Positions 41,041 to 52,201 of a stretch of DNA of 64,000 nucleotides are shown piece after piece; positions within the stretch are counted from its first letter, which is position 1, and the number at the start of each line of letters is the position of its first letter. Below the pieces are notes generated by a model, which saw nothing but the letters and a program-made list of their open reading frames with translations, ran no database searches and had not been told where the DNA came from. The DNA comes from an uncultured Acidobacteriota bacterium. Its GTDB lineage: Bacteria; Acidobacteriota; UBA6911; RPQK01; JAPXNP01. The stretch covers positions 768,001 through 832,000 of the forward strand of contig CAVZRV010000007.1 of NCBI GenBank assembly GCA_963777605.1, given 5' to 3'. Both the position numbers and the translations under genes were made by a program.

Positions 41041-43368
41041 ATGGATGACAAGAGTCTCGAATTCCTAGAGTTCCCTTCAGTACTGGAGATCATCGCGGAG
41101 ACTGCGGTGACGCCCCAGGGTAAGACTGAGATTGGTCGTTTACGGCCGCTTTCGGACCTGCCTTCGATCTGTCGAATGCAGGATGAACTCAAGGAAGCAT
41201 TCCGTCTGAATTCGGGTGGAAGTGAGATCCGGTTCGATCTTCCCGAAGGTGGGCCACTGCTCGATTCGCTGGCGGACCGCGGAGCGGTTCTCGACCGCGA
41301 AGCCCTCCTCGAACTACTGATCTACCTGCGATTTGCCGAACTGCTCCGCCAGGTTCTCCCGCGGGATGATTTTCCTAACCTGTGGCGAATCTGCGCGGCG
41401 ACCTCGGTCCCCGCGGCTCTCCTCGGCCGGCTGGAAAATTCTCTCGACGAAAAAGGCCGTATCTCTGACTCGGCACACCCCGAGTTGGGGACCGTCCGTC
41501 GCAGACAGGAGGTCTCCCGCAAGCGGATTCAAGATCACCTGCGCCGGTTCCTGCAGGGCAAGCGTGCCAGGTTTCTCATCGACGAGCCCTACATCACCCA
41601 GCGAGCCAACCGATACGTGATCCCCGTTCGGGTGGAAAACCAGCGTGATCTCCCGGGAATTGTCCACGGGACAAGTTCCTCCGGGGCCACCGTCTTCATG
41701 GAACCGTTCAGCGCGGTCGAATTTAACAACGAGCACATCTTCTACCAGGACCGTGAGTTGGAAATTGTCCGGCAGGTCCTTCGCTCCCTCACAGACGAGG
41801 CGCGCAAATGCCGTGACCAAATCGAGGCCATCTACCGTGCCAGCGGAGAACTCGAAGCCCGTTTCGCCTGCGCCGAGTACTGGACTCGCTACCAGTGCAC
41901 CCTGCCCGACGTGGTGGACTCGGGGTTGCTCGAGCTGAAAGGGGCCCGCCACCCTCTTCTCTTGAAGACGCTGGGGAACGACGACACCGTACCAATCGAA
42001 ATCGGCCTGGGAGGGGAGGATCACGTGCTCGTGATCAGCGGCCCCAACACCGGGGGAAAGACTGCCGCTTTGAAAACGGTCGGGCTGCTTTCCCTGATGG
42101 CCCACTGCGGCCTCCCGGTTCCGGCGACCGGAGCCCAGGTTCCTTTGCTCTGCGGAATCCATGCCGATGTCGGGGACCACCAGTCGATCACCCATCAACA
42201 AAGTACTTTTTCAGCGCACATTGAGCGGATCAAAGAGTTGACTGGAGTGAGCCCGGGCCCCAGCCTGATCCTGCTCGATGAATTGGGCCGCGGTACCGAC
42301 CCGGCGTACGGCTCGGCCCTTGCAATCGCAGTGCTCGAGCACTTTCGCCGGCTTCAGCACCTGGTTTTTGCCACAACCCACCACCGCGCAGTGAAATCCT
42401 ATGCGGCGTTGACCGAGGGAGTGCTCAACGCAAGTGTCCGCCTGGACTCAAGTTCCCTGCGCCCAACCTACCAACTCGAATACGGAGTCGCCGGCGGATC
42501 GAGCGGGCTCGAAATTGCTGCCCAACTCGGTCTCCCGTCGGAGGTGGTCAACTATGCAAGGAGTCTACTCGACGACAAAGATTCTCTGGCTGAAGGGTAT
42601 CTCGGGGAATTGCGGACCCGAATCGAGCAACTTCATGCACGGGAAGAGGAGTACGACGAGAAACTCCGCGACCTGGACCGGGAGCACCTCGAACAGCGGC
42701 GACAAGCAGAGATCGAGCGCCGTGAACAGGAACAGTTGATGGAACGGACTCTTGAACGCCTGGCGGAGGAGTTTCGCAAGGAGGGTCGCCTGTTCGTCAA
42801 ACGGCTCACTGATCGAACGGAAGCACAAGCCGCACAGAAACGGCTTCAGCTCCGCGAAGCCGCCCTCAAAGAGTGGTTCCGTCGTCACGCTGCAGAGCGG
42901 CGGCGTGGGGAGTCTAAACAGGAGTCGGCGCAGGCGCCTCGGGGACTCCAGCCAGGTGATCTGGTCTATCATCGCTTCTTTCGATCCAAGGGACGGGTTG
43001 TTTCGGTTGACGGGGACTCAGCGGTTGTCGATATCGCGGGCAAGAACGTTTCGGCCCGGGATGCCGATCTGCAACGGGTGGAGCGAACCGAAAAAGTCCT
43101 CAAACCCGCGCCGCAGGTTACCGTCCGGGTTGTGGAGGATACCGACCCGGAATTGAACCTGATCGGAAAGACCGTCGAAGAGGCATCGTTTGAACTCGAC
43201 AAGTACCTGGACCGGGCGTTTGTTTCCTGCCTGCCGGAAGTGAGAATCGTCCATGGATTCGGCACCGGAAGGTTGCGGAGTTTTGTAGAAGGTTTCCTCT
43301 CCAAGCACTGCCACGTTTCTTCATTCGAGGTTGAAGGCGGTTCGACGAGAGTTCATTTGAAGGTGTGA
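41041..43368 (+). CDS. mutS2: Endonuclease MutS2 (RqcU)
   Basis: SSSGATVFMEP, SGPNTGGKT, STFSAH, LDELG, TTH, C-terminal Smr domain (VHGFGTG); start revised to ATG at 41041. Confidence 0.95.
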   Translation: MDDKSLEFLEFPSVLEIIAETAVTPQGKTEIGRLRPLSDLPSICRMQDELKEAFRLNSGGSEIRFDLPEGGPLLDSLADRGAVLDREALLELLIYLRFAELLRQVLPRDDFPNLWRICAATSVPAALLGRLENSLDEKGRISDSAHPELGTVRRRQEVSRKRIQDHLRRFLQGKRARFLIDEPYITQRANRYVIPVRVENQRDLPGIVHGTSSSGATVFMEPFSAVEFNNEHIFYQDRELEIVRQVLRSLTDEARKCRDQIEAIYRASGELEARFACAEYWTRYQCTLPDVVDSGLLELKGARHPLLLKTLGNDDTVPIEIGLGGEDHVLVISGPNTGGKTAALKTVGLLSLMAHCGLPVPATGAQVPLLCGIHADVGDHQSITHQQSTFSAHIERIKELTGVSPGPSLILLDELGRGTDPAYGSALAIAVLEHFRRLQHLVFATTHHRAVKSYAALTEGVLNASVRLDSSSLRPTYQLEYGVAGGSSGLEIAAQLGLPSEVVNYARSLLDDKDSLAEGYLGELRTRIEQLHAREEEYDEKLRDLDREHLEQRRQAEIERREQEQLMERTLERLAEEFRKEGRLFVKRLTDRTEAQAAQKRLQLREAALKEWFRRHAAERRRGESKQESAQAPRGLQPGDLVYHRFFRSKGRVVSVDGDSAVVDIAGKNVSARDADLQRVERTEKVLKPAPQVTVRVVEDTDPELNLIGKTVEEASFELDKYLDRAFVSCLPEVRIVHGFGTGRLRSFVEGFLSKHCHVSSFEVEGGSTRVHLKV

Positions 43369-43402
43369 TCCGCCCACTGCCGGCGGCCGGGAAGAACCGA
43401 CT

Positions 43403-45163
43403 TTGAAGAAGCTTGATTCCGACTTTGTTGAACGTGTCCGGTTCGCCGTGAACATCGTGGACCTGGTGGGAAGCTACGTCAATCTGCGCAAGCGGGGCCA
43501 AAACTACGTGGCGTTGTGCCCGTTTCACCAGGAGAAGACCCCCTCCTTTTCGGTCAATGAGAGCCGTCAGATCTTCAAGTGTTTCGGCTGCGGCGAGGGT
43601 GGGGACGCATTCGCATTCATTCAGAAGGTCGAGAACCTGACCTTTCCAGAGTCGATTCGTTTCCTGGCGGAGCGGCAGGGCATTCCTCTTCCCGATTCCG
43701 GGTCGGAGACAACCCAGGAGGGAAAGGACCGGGAGCGGTACCTGGAGATAATGCAGAAGGCCGCAGCCTTCTTTCGCGAGCAATTGGCGCGCAGCCGGGA
43801 GGGCCTCAGCTATCTTGATGGAAGGCAGATCGACCAGGAAACACGTGCAACGTTTGGAATCGGCTTCGCTCAATCGGGAAGCGCCTTGCTCCGGCAATTC
43901 CGCTCCGATGGAATCTCTCTTGCCGACCTGGAAGCATGCGGGCTGGTCTCTCGCAGCGAATCGGGGGAGCCCTATGACAAGTTCCGCAGCAGGGTAATCT
44001 TTCCCATCAAGAACCTCTCGGGAAAGACCATCGCCTTCGGCGGCAGAATTCTTGGTGACGGGCAACCAAAATACCTAAACTCCCCTGAAACCCTTCTCTA
44101 TTCCAAGGGCCATAATCTCTTCGGCCTTCACGCCGGGAAAGACGCCATCCGCAAGCAGGGGTTTGCCGTTCTGGTGGAAGGGTATTTCGACTGCATCGTT
44201 CCTTATCAGCACGGGGTACGGAACATCATCGCATCGTTGGGCACGAGTCTGACCGAGGGCCAGGTCCGCCTCATCTCTCGCTACACTCGTCGGGTTGTGG
44301 TGAATTTCGACCCTGATTCAGCCGGAATCTCCGCAGCGTTGCGGTCCATCGACCTCTTCCTTGAACAAGGTTTCCAGGTCAACGTGCTGCGCCTTCCCTC
44401 GGGAGAAGATCCCGACTCTTTCATTGTCAACCACGGAGTCGAGGAGTACCTGAGGGTGCTCAAGGAATCTTCTCCCTTCGTCGACTTTCTGCTGGCCCAT
44501 TTTCTCTCCCAACAACGCGATCCGCAGAGCCCCAATGGGAAACAGGAGGTAATTGACAAGCTCCTTCCCTTTATAGCCAAACTGCCCCACCGGGTGGAGC
44601 GGGCGGAGTACGTTTCCAGGGTGTCATCGCGCCTCCTGGTGGATGAGGAAGTCCTGGTCGGGGAACTGCGCAAGTATTCACGCGCACCACAGAGGCAGAG
44701 GCAGAAGCAGTTGACGATTAGCGCGGTGCGCACGGTCGCAGTGGAGCCGACCCTGGCGGAGAAATCGCTCTTCGCGGCCTGCCTTGACGAAAATACCTGG
44801 GAATTGGTGCTGGCTCTGGCCGAAGCATCCATGTTCGAAGGGCTGGCGACCGGGACCCTCTTCCGGGAGATTTTCGCGATCCGGAAACAAAACGAACATT
44901 TCGACATCTTTAAATTGAGAGAGCGGTTGGAGGGCGACGACCTTGATCTCTTCGATCGACTTTCTGTAACTTCGTCAGAGCTTCAGGTGTCGGACGAAGA
45001 GATCAGGCAGTGTGTCGAGGCCATTGGCGATTTGGCACTCAATCGCGTGAGCCGACAAATCCAACAGGAGATCGCTCAGGAAGAGAAGAGCGGGCAGACT
45101 TCAGAACGGCTCGAAGAACTGCTTCGGAACAAGGAACTTATTCAGCGTCGGCGACGTCGGTGA
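43403..45163 (+). CDS. dnaG: DNA primase
   Basis: [11 protein letters not shown]...CFGC zinc domain, [20 protein letters not shown]. Confidence 0.98.
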   Translation: MKKLDSDFVERVRFAVNIVDLVGSYVNLRKRGQNYVALCPFHQEKTPSFSVNESRQIFKCFGCGEGGDAFAFIQKVENLTFPESIRFLAERQGIPLPDSGSETTQEGKDRERYLEIMQKAAAFFREQLARSREGLSYLDGRQIDQETRATFGIGFAQSGSALLRQFRSDGISLADLEACGLVSRSESGEPYDKFRSRVIFPIKNLSGKTIAFGGRILGDGQPKYLNSPETLLYSKGHNLFGLHAGKDAIRKQGFAVLVEGYFDCIVPYQHGVRNIIASLGTSLTEGQVRLISRYTRRVVVNFDPDSAGISAALRSIDLFLEQGFQVNVLRLPSGEDPDSFIVNHGVEEYLRVLKESSPFVDFLLAHFLSQQRDPQSPNGKQEVIDKLLPFIAKLPHRVERAEYVSRVSSRLLVDEEVLVGELRKYSRAPQRQRQKQLTISAVRTVAVEPTLAEKSLFAACLDENTWELVLALAEASMFEGLATGTLFREIFAIRKQNEHFDIFKLRERLEGDDLDLFDRLSVTSSELQVSDEEIRQCVEAIGDLALNRVSRQIQQEIAQEEKSGQTSERLEELLRNKELIQRRRRR

Positions 45164-45245
45164 CTGCTTCCGGGATCTCCTGAACCACCCGAATTGTGTC
45201 CTCCCTCGTGAGAGGCTTGAATTTTGTATAATTAGAGGTCTGCGC

Positions 45246-46979
45246 ATGGACCAGGATAACGAAGATCTGCTTTCAGAAATTGAAGACAAGTACGACGGCG
45301 TAAAGGAACTCCTGTCTGCGGGGAAAGAAAAAGGCTACCTCCTCTACGACGAGGTGAACGATTTTCTGCCCGACGACATTCAGTCCTCTGAAGATCTGGA
45401 CCAGATCTTCAACCTCTTTGGGGACGCCGGCATCGAAGTCATCGACTCCGAAGACGACTTCGAGGTCATCAAGAAGCGCGCCCGGTCGCGCACCACCTCG
45501 GACGATGACGATGGAGATGAGCCCAGCACCCCGTCGGAGGATTTGGAGAAGACCAACGATCCCGTCAGGATGTACCTCCGGGAAATGGGTACCGTTCCAT
45601 TGCTCACCCGGGAAGGTGAGGTCGAGATCGCCAAACGTATTGAGCGGGGAAAGAAGACCGTTCTCAAGGCGATTTCCCGCTCCCCACTCGTGGTCAACGA
45701 AATTCGCCAATCCGTCAACCTGCTTTCCGATCCGGATTTCAACCTCAAGAACCTGGTGAATTTCTCGGAAGAGGAAATCACCGAAAAGGTTATTGAGAAT
45801 CGTCGCAAAGAGCATCGGACCCAGATTTCGAAAATCTCCGAACTGGAAGAGCAGTCGAACAAGCTGCGTTCTCAACTCCGCAAGGCCCGGCGCGGTTCGT
45901 CCGAGCACGGAGCCTTGACCACGAAGCTGGCTCGGTACCGGATTCCAACCGCCCGCTTGATTCGTGACCTCGATCTTACGGCGGAAGTGCACGAACAATT
46001 GGTCGGCAAGATCAAGAGCGTAGTCGAAAACGTCATGACCCTGGAACGGGAGGCAAAGCGACTGCGCAAGCTGCAGGAGTCCCCCCTGAAGCTCGAAGAG
46101 TCGAAAAAGATTAAGCTTCGACTCAGGGAGATCGAGAAAGAAGTCAAGGAACTGGAGGACAACGCGATCGCGTCGTCCGGCGAGCTGAAAAGGACCCTCG
46201 CTACGATCAAGCAAGGGGAACTGGAAGCCGACATTGCAAAGAAGGAACTGGTTGAGGCCAATCTCCGGCTGGTCGTATCGATTGCCAAGAAGTACACGAA
46301 TCGGGGACTTCAGTTCCTGGACCTGATCCAGGAAGGCAACATCGGGTTGATGAAGGCCGTCGACAAGTTCGAGTATCGGCGTGGTTACAAGTTCTCCACT
46401 TACGCTACCTGGTGGATTCGGCAGGCAATCACCCGGGCCATTGCCGATCAGGCCCGCACGATCCGTATCCCGGTACACATGATCGAAACGATCAACAAGC
46501 TGATCCGGACCTCGCGAGCGCTGGTTCAGGAACTCGGGCGTGAGCCGACCGCCGAGGAAATTGGCGAGAAGATGGACATGCCCGCCAGCAAAGTGCGGAA
46601 GATTCTGAAGATTGCGCAGGAGCCGATCTCGCTCGAGACCCCGATTGGCGAGGAAGAAGACAGCCATCTGGGCGACTTTATTGAGGACCGGGGAGTCGTG
46701 TCCCCGTCGGAGTCGGTAATCAACCTTAACCTGAAGGAGCAAACCGCAGCTGTACTCCAGAGCTTGACCCAGCGGGAGGAGCAGGTCATTCGCATGCGTT
46801 TCGGGATTGGCGACGGCAGCGAGCACACGCTCGAAGAAGTCGGCCAGCGCTTCTCTGTGACGCGGGAACGGATTCGGCAGATCGAAGCCAAGGCGCTTAG
46901 AAAACTGCGCCATCCTTCCCGGAGCCGAAAGTTGAAAGCTTTCCTAGAGGCGAACGGCAAGGAAGGCAACATGCAGTAG
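45246..46979 (+). CDS. rpoD: RNA polymerase primary sigma factor
   Basis: Acidic region 1.1, [45 protein letters not shown]. Confidence 0.99.
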   Translation: MDQDNEDLLSEIEDKYDGVKELLSAGKEKGYLLYDEVNDFLPDDIQSSEDLDQIFNLFGDAGIEVIDSEDDFEVIKKRARSRTTSDDDDGDEPSTPSEDLEKTNDPVRMYLREMGTVPLLTREGEVEIAKRIERGKKTVLKAISRSPLVVNEIRQSVNLLSDPDFNLKNLVNFSEEEITEKVIENRRKEHRTQISKISELEEQSNKLRSQLRKARRGSSEHGALTTKLARYRIPTARLIRDLDLTAEVHEQLVGKIKSVVENVMTLEREAKRLRKLQESPLKLEESKKIKLRLREIEKEVKELEDNAIASSGELKRTLATIKQGELEADIAKKELVEANLRLVVSIAKKYTNRGLQFLDLIQEGNIGLMKAVDKFEYRRGYKFSTYATWWIRQAITRAIADQARTIRIPVHMIETINKLIRTSRALVQELGREPTAEEIGEKMDMPASKVRKILKIAQEPISLETPIGEEEDSHLGDFIEDRGVVSPSESVINLNLKEQTAAVLQSLTQREEQVIRMRFGIGDGSEHTLEEVGQRFSVTRERIRQIEAKALRKLRHPSRSRKLKAFLEANGKEGNMQ

Positions 46980-47018
46980 AACAACAGGGGGTGAGAAATC
47001 ACCCCCTGTTGTTGTTTT
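46980..47018 (+). terminator. Perfect 15-bp hairpin with GAAA loop and U-rich tail after rpoD
   Basis: AACAACAGGGGGTGA-GAAA-TCACCCCCTGTTGTT then GTTTT. Confidence 0.8.
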
Positions 47019-47095
47019 GGGCCCATAGCTCAGTCGGTTAGAGCATCTGACTCATAATCAGACGGTCGTAGGTTCGAGTCCTACTGGGCCCACCA
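47019..47095 (+). tRNA. tRNA with CAT anticodon, most likely tRNA-Ile2 (lysidine-modified)
   Basis: Acceptor stem GGGCCCA/TGGGCCC, anticodon arm TCTGA-CTCATAA-TCAGA, GGTTCGAGTCC T-arm, encoded CCA; G1-C72 excludes fMet; C4-G69/C5-G68 and the position after rpoD fit Ile2. Confidence 0.93.
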
Positions 47096-47164
47096 AAGGC
47101 TCGGTCCTGAAAGGACGGATCAAGCCCTTACGGGAGTTCCGTAACCACATGCTGGTGGAGACTG

Positions 47165-47893
47165 ATGGAAAAGACAAGCGACTATGCTGAGTTGTTGCGC
47201 CAGTTGGTGCACTTGCAGGAATACCATTGCCGCATATCGGAACTGCAGGGAAAAGTTGAACGCGCACCCGCCCAGATTGCCCAGTTGGATGCCGCCCTGG
47301 AGGGGCAGACCTCAGAAGTAAACTCAGCTCAGCAGCGCATCGAAGAGGCTACCAGGGAACGGCGGGCGCTGGAGCACGAAGTCGAGACGCTTCGAGGCAA
47401 ACTGTCCCACTACAAAGACCAGCTGATGTCGGTCAAGACGAACACCGAATATCAGGCGATGCTGCATGAAATCAGCTTCGTTGAGACTCAGATCGGTGAC
47501 AAGGAAGACCGCATCCTCGAGTGCATGCTGGAAGCCGATGAATTGGAGTCAAATCTCGCTGATGCCACGACCTCTTTCGAAGAGAAACGACGGACGATAG
47601 AGGTTCAGAAGAAAGAGATCGAGGATTTTGTCTCCAATTCCGAGAAGGAGCTGGTGCAGCTCCGGGCTGAGATGGGACAGCTTGAGAACGACCTCCCAGC
47701 AGGTTTTCTCGAGCGCTACCAGCGGATCGCAGCAGTTCGCGGTGGGGTGGCCCTGGCAGCAGTTTCGAACTCTTCCTGCGAAGCTTGCCACGTCCGGCTC
47801 CGTCCCCAGCTGGTCGCGGAAATTCGCACAAATCGCGAGATTATGGTTTGCGAAAACTGCAATCGCATCCTTTACTATCCCCACACAAATTGA
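47165..47893 (+). CDS. Coiled-coil protein with a C4-type zinc ribbon
   Basis: Long coiled coil then CEACHVRL...CENCNRILY. Confidence 0.88.
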   Translation: MEKTSDYAELLRQLVHLQEYHCRISELQGKVERAPAQIAQLDAALEGQTSEVNSAQQRIEEATRERRALEHEVETLRGKLSHYKDQLMSVKTNTEYQAMLHEISFVETQIGDKEDRILECMLEADELESNLADATTSFEEKRRTIEVQKKEIEDFVSNSEKELVQLRAEMGQLENDLPAGFLERYQRIAAVRGGVALAAVSNSSCEACHVRLRPQLVAEIRTNREIMVCENCNRILYYPHTN

Positions 47894-47895
47894 AC

Positions 47896-48672
47896 ATGTT
47901 GCGAGACTTTCCCCGCCAACTCTACCTGGCGGTGACCGATTTCGAATTCTATAGCCGCGTCTTCCAGCAGCCGTTCCGGCGCACTCTCGTCTTCCTGCTC
48001 TACGTCGCCGCGGTTGTCGCCGCCTTGCAGACCCTGATTTACGCCTGGTTCTTTTTCCCGGAAATCGACCGCTTCGTCGACTGGGGGCGCTCCTCACTTC
48101 CAGCCTTCTCTGTGAGCAGCGGGGAACTGTCGGTAGATGCCGACCAGCCGCTCGTCACCAAGTATGATCCCGGGGACCGGTCCGACGACTGGACCTTTGT
48201 CTTTGACACGACTGGCGCCTACAACGACCCCTACGGACTGGAAGAGCCGGCTTTTGTTTTCGGCACCAAGGATCTTTCGGTCCAGATGGAGGGCCAGTCG
48301 CAGGCCTACCCCTGGAACGATTTTGGAGACTTCAAGTTTTCCCCTGACCAGATCGGGGTTTACGGAAGTGTCGTGAAGTGGGGGTACTTCCCCACCGCCT
48401 ATTCGCTCCTGCTGTTCTGGAACCTGCTAGCCAAGGCGCTCACCGCCGCCTTCCTGAGTCCGATGGCCTACTCGATCGGACTCAGGTACGGAGTGCGATT
48501 GCCCTATTCCAACTGCTTCACGATCACGGCCTACAGCCTCGTCCCGGCTATCTGCATCGATTTGGCTGTTAGAATGACAGGAGTGGAAATTAGTTACTTC
48601 AGCTTGATTTATCTCGGCGTGGTGGCACTTTATACCTTCTTTGCCACTCAACGCTGCGTGGTGGCCCACTAA
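47896..48672 (+). CDS. Membrane protein (DUF1189-like)
   Basis: One N-terminal TM, a soluble loop and about three C-terminal TMs; start revised to ATG at 47896. Confidence 0.65.
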   Translation: MLRDFPRQLYLAVTDFEFYSRVFQQPFRRTLVFLLYVAAVVAALQTLIYAWFFFPEIDRFVDWGRSSLPAFSVSSGELSVDADQPLVTKYDPGDRSDDWTFVFDTTGAYNDPYGLEEPAFVFGTKDLSVQMEGQSQAYPWNDFGDFKFSPDQIGVYGSVVKWGYFPTAYSLLLFWNLLAKALTAAFLSPMAYSIGLRYGVRLPYSNCFTITAYSLVPAICIDLAVRMTGVEISYFSLIYLGVVALYTFFATQRCVVAH

Positions 48673-48677
48673 CCCAA

Positions 48678-49649
48678 ATGTCCCCAAAACCAACTGTTCG
48701 CCTGGTTTTTGTGCTTCTGTTAACCGTGGTCGGCACGCTCTTCACGGTAGCCTCCCCGGCTGTACAATCGGGAGCGGAAGAAGCCGGGAAGCAGACCCAG
48801 GAAGACGAGTCGGCTGTCTTTCGGACATCCGTCGAAGTAGTCAACCTCCTCTGTACCGTTCGGCGCAAAGATCGCTACGTCCAGAACTTGACCCGGGATG
48901 ACTTTGAGATCTTTGAAGACGGGACCCGCCAGCAGATACAATACTTTTCCCTCGAGGCGGGGGACGACGCCCAGCCATTGAACGTTATCCTGCTCGTCGA
49001 TACGAGTGGAAGCGTCAAGGACAAGCTGATGTTCGAGCAGGATGCCGCGAACGCCTTTCTCGAAGAGACCTTGCGGCCTGACAAGGACATGGCGGCGGTG
49101 GTCCAGTTCGACAGTGAAATCAACCTGGTTCAGGATTTTACCTTCAGTCTTGATGCCTTGCAGAACTCCATCGTGGACATCCGTGCCGGGGGAGCCACCA
49201 AACTCTACGATGCTATCTGGGTATCGGTTCAGGAGCTGCTCCGCCATGAAGTCGGCCGTCGGGTCCTCGTGATTCTTAGCGACGGGGACGATACCCAGAG
49301 CGTAAAAAAGGACGACGACGCAATCAAGGCCGCCCAGGATTTCGACGCGGTGATCTTTGGAATTGGTGTCAGGGGCGGGCGATTCCGTTCCAATTTCGGC
49401 AAGCTGAAGCAGTTTTCCCGAGAGACGGGCGGCCTCTTTTTCAACTCCAAAGCCAGCATTGAAGACCTGCGCGAGGCCTTCAGCGAGATCAACACTGCCA
49501 TCAAGAGTCAGTACAGCATCGGATACGTCTCAACCAACCAGGCTCATGACGGATCGTTTCGCGAAATCGAGGTGCGGGTCAAAGGCCGAGACTTGAAGGT
49601 AAGCAACCGGAAAGGTTATTATGCCCCCAAGCCGGACAATGGGTCGTGA
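48678..49649 (+). CDS. Secreted VWA-domain protein (acidobacterial VWFA type)
   Basis: Signal peptide, DFEIFEDG, MIDAS DTSGS, TKLYDAI, SDGDD, QYSIGY, RKGYYAP. Confidence 0.9.
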   Translation: MSPKPTVRLVFVLLLTVVGTLFTVASPAVQSGAEEAGKQTQEDESAVFRTSVEVVNLLCTVRRKDRYVQNLTRDDFEIFEDGTRQQIQYFSLEAGDDAQPLNVILLVDTSGSVKDKLMFEQDAANAFLEETLRPDKDMAAVVQFDSEINLVQDFTFSLDALQNSIVDIRAGGATKLYDAIWVSVQELLRHEVGRRVLVILSDGDDTQSVKKDDDAIKAAQDFDAVIFGIGVRGGRFRSNFGKLKQFSRETGGLFFNSKASIEDLREAFSEINTAIKSQYSIGYVSTNQAHDGSFREIEVRVKGRDLKVSNRKGYYAPKPDNGS

Positions 49650-49842
49650 CAAAGAACCGCCTCTCGAAGAACTGCTTCCAATTGAGTTGAGACTGCTCAT
49701 TCTGGAATCCGAACTGGAACGCCTGGAATCAGATGCTCGCTGGGTGGAGCAGAGACGCCGGGAAGTCCTCGAAGAAATCGAGGCCTGCAATTCCGTTCTC
49801 GCCAAGAGACGTCGAACTTCGGTCCTTCGACGGGTCAAGTAA
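49639..49842 (+). CDS. Small charged coiled-coil hypothetical protein
   Basis: 67 aa; overlaps the VWA stop and fills the gap to the convergent pfkB; heptad-like Leu/Glu pattern. Confidence 0.5.
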   Translation: MGRDKEPPLEELLPIELRLLILESELERLESDARWVEQRRREVLEEIEACNSVLAKRRRTSVLRRVK

Positions 49843-49844
49843 TC

Positions 49845-50729
49845 CTATCCCGAACTCCGGTAAAACGAGGGTTCGGCGGGTGTGGCTCCGCGAATTCCAC
49901 AGATTCTCCCTGCGAATGCAACGGCCGAATTGAGCATCTCCGGCATGGCCTGATTCTGCATGATCCCTCGGATCACCGCCGCCGTGAACCCGTCTCCGGC
50001 ACCGACCGTATCGACCAGGGGCGTGTTCCTGTGAGATGGGGAAAAGTGGGTGGCTTCCCGGGTGGCCAGAACCGCCCCTGCACTTCCAAATGTAACCGCC
50101 AGAAGGTCGATGTCCAGTTCCCGGCAGGTCTCGCAGGCCTCTTCCGTAAACTCGTCCGAGCTCCGCCGGCCACGCCCGGTCACCGTTTCCAGTTCCTCGT
50201 CGTTCAACTTCAACCAGCGGGCCCGTTCGATCTGGGCGGCGACCAGCTCCGGCGTCCACCACGGCGGCCTCAAGTTGAGGTCAAGGAGAAGGTCACGAGA
50301 ACGGTTCCGGCAGAGCCGATCGAACGCCGCCCGGGATACTTCGCTTCTCAGGGCCAGCGTGCCGGCGCAGACCAGCCCCGCTTCGGTTTCCGGTCCCAAG
50401 CTGCGCTCCAATACGCCCCAGTCGATGAAGTCCCAGGCCGCGCCCGGCTTGATTTCATAGCGGGGCAGACCCTGCTCAAGGGTGACTCCCACAACTCCGG
50501 TTGGGTGATCCGGGTCAACCTGTATCGCGATGGTGTCCATCCCCACTGAGCACAGACTCCGCATGATCTTGTCGCCCCGGACATCAGCCCCCACTCGACT
50601 GATCATCAGCGGATTGAGGCCCCATCCCTGGAGGTGACGCGCCACGTTCAGGGGCGCCCCACCCAGCACTTCAGAGCCATCTTCGAACACGTCGAACAAG
50701 ATCTCGCCGAATACCAGAGGGCGGTTCAT
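49845..50729 (-). CDS. PfkB-family carbohydrate kinase (fructokinase-like)
   Basis: GEILFD, GGAPLNVA, DLNLR, KLNDEE, DTVGAGDGF. Confidence 0.92.
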   Translation of the reverse strand: MNRPLVFGEILFDVFEDGSEVLGGAPLNVARHLQGWGLNPLMISRVGADVRGDKIMRSLCSVGMDTIAIQVDPDHPTGVVGVTLEQGLPRYEIKPGAAWDFIDWGVLERSLGPETEAGLVCAGTLALRSEVSRAAFDRLCRNRSRDLLLDLNLRPPWWTPELVAAQIERARWLKLNDEELETVTGRGRRSSDEFTEEACETCRELDIDLLAVTFGSAGAVLATREATHFSPSHRNTPLVDTVGAGDGFTAAVIRGIMQNQAMPEMLNSAVAFAGRICGIRGATPAEPSFYRSSG

Positions 50730-50737
50730 CCACATCG

Positions 50738-52063
50738 CTAACGGACCTTCGAAAGAAAGTGATTCTCGACCCAAGAGGGATCCCACCATTCTACCGGGTT
50801 CACCTGGACTCCCTGTACGAGCATCGAGAAGTGAAGGTGGTCTCCCCCGGCCAGTCCCGTCTGTCCGGTCCTCCCCAGGGTTTCTCCACGCCCGACCATC
50901 TGATCGTTCTGAACCGCGATCGAACTGAGGTGCCCGTAGAGCGAAAAGAGGCCGAGTCCGTGGTCCACGATCACCGCATTTCCGTAGATTCCCAGATAAT
51001 CCGCCCAGACGATCCTGCCTGCATTGGACGCTTCCACGTCCGCCTGTGCCAACGAGGCAAGGTCATAGCCAAGATGGACCTGTTCATCCACTTTCTCACC
51101 CTTGAAATAGTAGGATCGATGATCGGCAAAGACAGCCTCCACCTTTGAGTTGGTCAGCTGGAGGAAGGGCTCTTTCCAGTAAAGTTCCGGGCTTGGTTCC
51201 CGGGTGATATCGGAAATCTGCCGGTTGTTCAACACCCGAAGATCGCGGTTGATAGCCAGAAAATCCTTGAGGGGATCCCCGGTTGCCTGGACGCTGTCCG
51301 ATCGAGAGAAGATCTCGGGGGTGACCGTCGCAACGAAAGTCTCGCTGATGTTCAAGTTCCGGTGGCGAAACTGCTGCGCGAAGGTCTTGCAGGGAACTCG
51401 GGTCTCGCTCCGATTACCCGCTTGGTCCGTTGCCCAGAGCTGTGCCGGCAGGTCGGTCGACTGGTCGTACCCGAGCGCGAAAATGCACACCATCATCCCG
51501 TCCGACTTGCCCGGAACCGGGTAGCCGACGAACTCGTTGTCTCCGACCCTGACTCCCGACTTGCCCGGTTCGTCGACACGGTAGAGCACGACCTCCGAGC
51601 CTCCCTGACGCAGGTAGTGCTGTCCCGAGATGACTTCAAGCCGCGGCGGATGCGAGTCATACACCCGGTCAAGCTTGAGTTCGCTGGTCCGGCTCAACAA
51701 CCAGAGGTTGGGCTGGTCCTCAGCCCGGATGGTGATAGTAAAGGGTCCCTGGTTCAGTCCCAGCCCTTTCCAGTCCGAGATCGAGGCCGCTCGCGCTGAT
51801 TCCGAACGCTCCCAGGGCCACCAGTCAAACGGAAACGACTCCTGGTCAACGGTGTGCTCATTGTCCTGCTGGCGGACGGTGATCTGAACGCCTCGCAGTC
51901 CCTTCCCGGTGTCTTCGACGTGGATTTGCAGGGTCGCATTCGGTCCGATCGATTCCGGGCCGTCCACGGTAATCACGGGCGAATCGGCATCCCAAAACCA
52001 GACCACTGCGCCGATACCCGCCAATACGGCAAGCGCCAGGATCATTCCGATGGTTCGCTTCAT
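50738..52063 (-). CDS. M23 family metallopeptidase
   Basis: N-terminal TM anchor; HLGYD (HxxxD) and HLH zinc motifs. Confidence 0.9.
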   Translation of the reverse strand: MKRTIGMILALAVLAGIGAVVWFWDADSPVITVDGPESIGPNATLQIHVEDTGKGLRGVQITVRQQDNEHTVDQESFPFDWWPWERSESARAASISDWKGLGLNQGPFTITIRAEDQPNLWLLSRTSELKLDRVYDSHPPRLEVISGQHYLRQGGSEVVLYRVDEPGKSGVRVGDNEFVGYPVPGKSDGMMVCIFALGYDQSTDLPAQLWATDQAGNRSETRVPCKTFAQQFRHRNLNISETFVATVTPEIFSRSDSVQATGDPLKDFLAINRDLRVLNNRQISDITREPSPELYWKEPFLQLTNSKVEAVFADHRSYYFKGEKVDEQVHLGYDLASLAQADVEASNAGRIVWADYLGIYGNAVIVDHGLGLFSLYGHLSSIAVQNDQMVGRGETLGRTGQTGLAGGDHLHFSMLVQGVQVNPVEWWDPSWVENHFLSKVR

Positions 52064-52201
52064 TGGAATATGGTACGGGCTCGAGGTCTACGAGTTCAAA
52101 GTTGACCCGGTTCGATTAACATATATAGTTGGCTGATCGAAGTCGGCCTCGCGGCTCCTAAAAGCAGTCGATTCAGGGTTCGGATGGAGGATTGAGTAAG
52201 G

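Noticed and set aside
47019-47893. tRNA as an island integration site
   Set aside because: No duplicated tRNA 3' end or integrase was seen, and the downstream gene is the usual zinc-ribbon protein.
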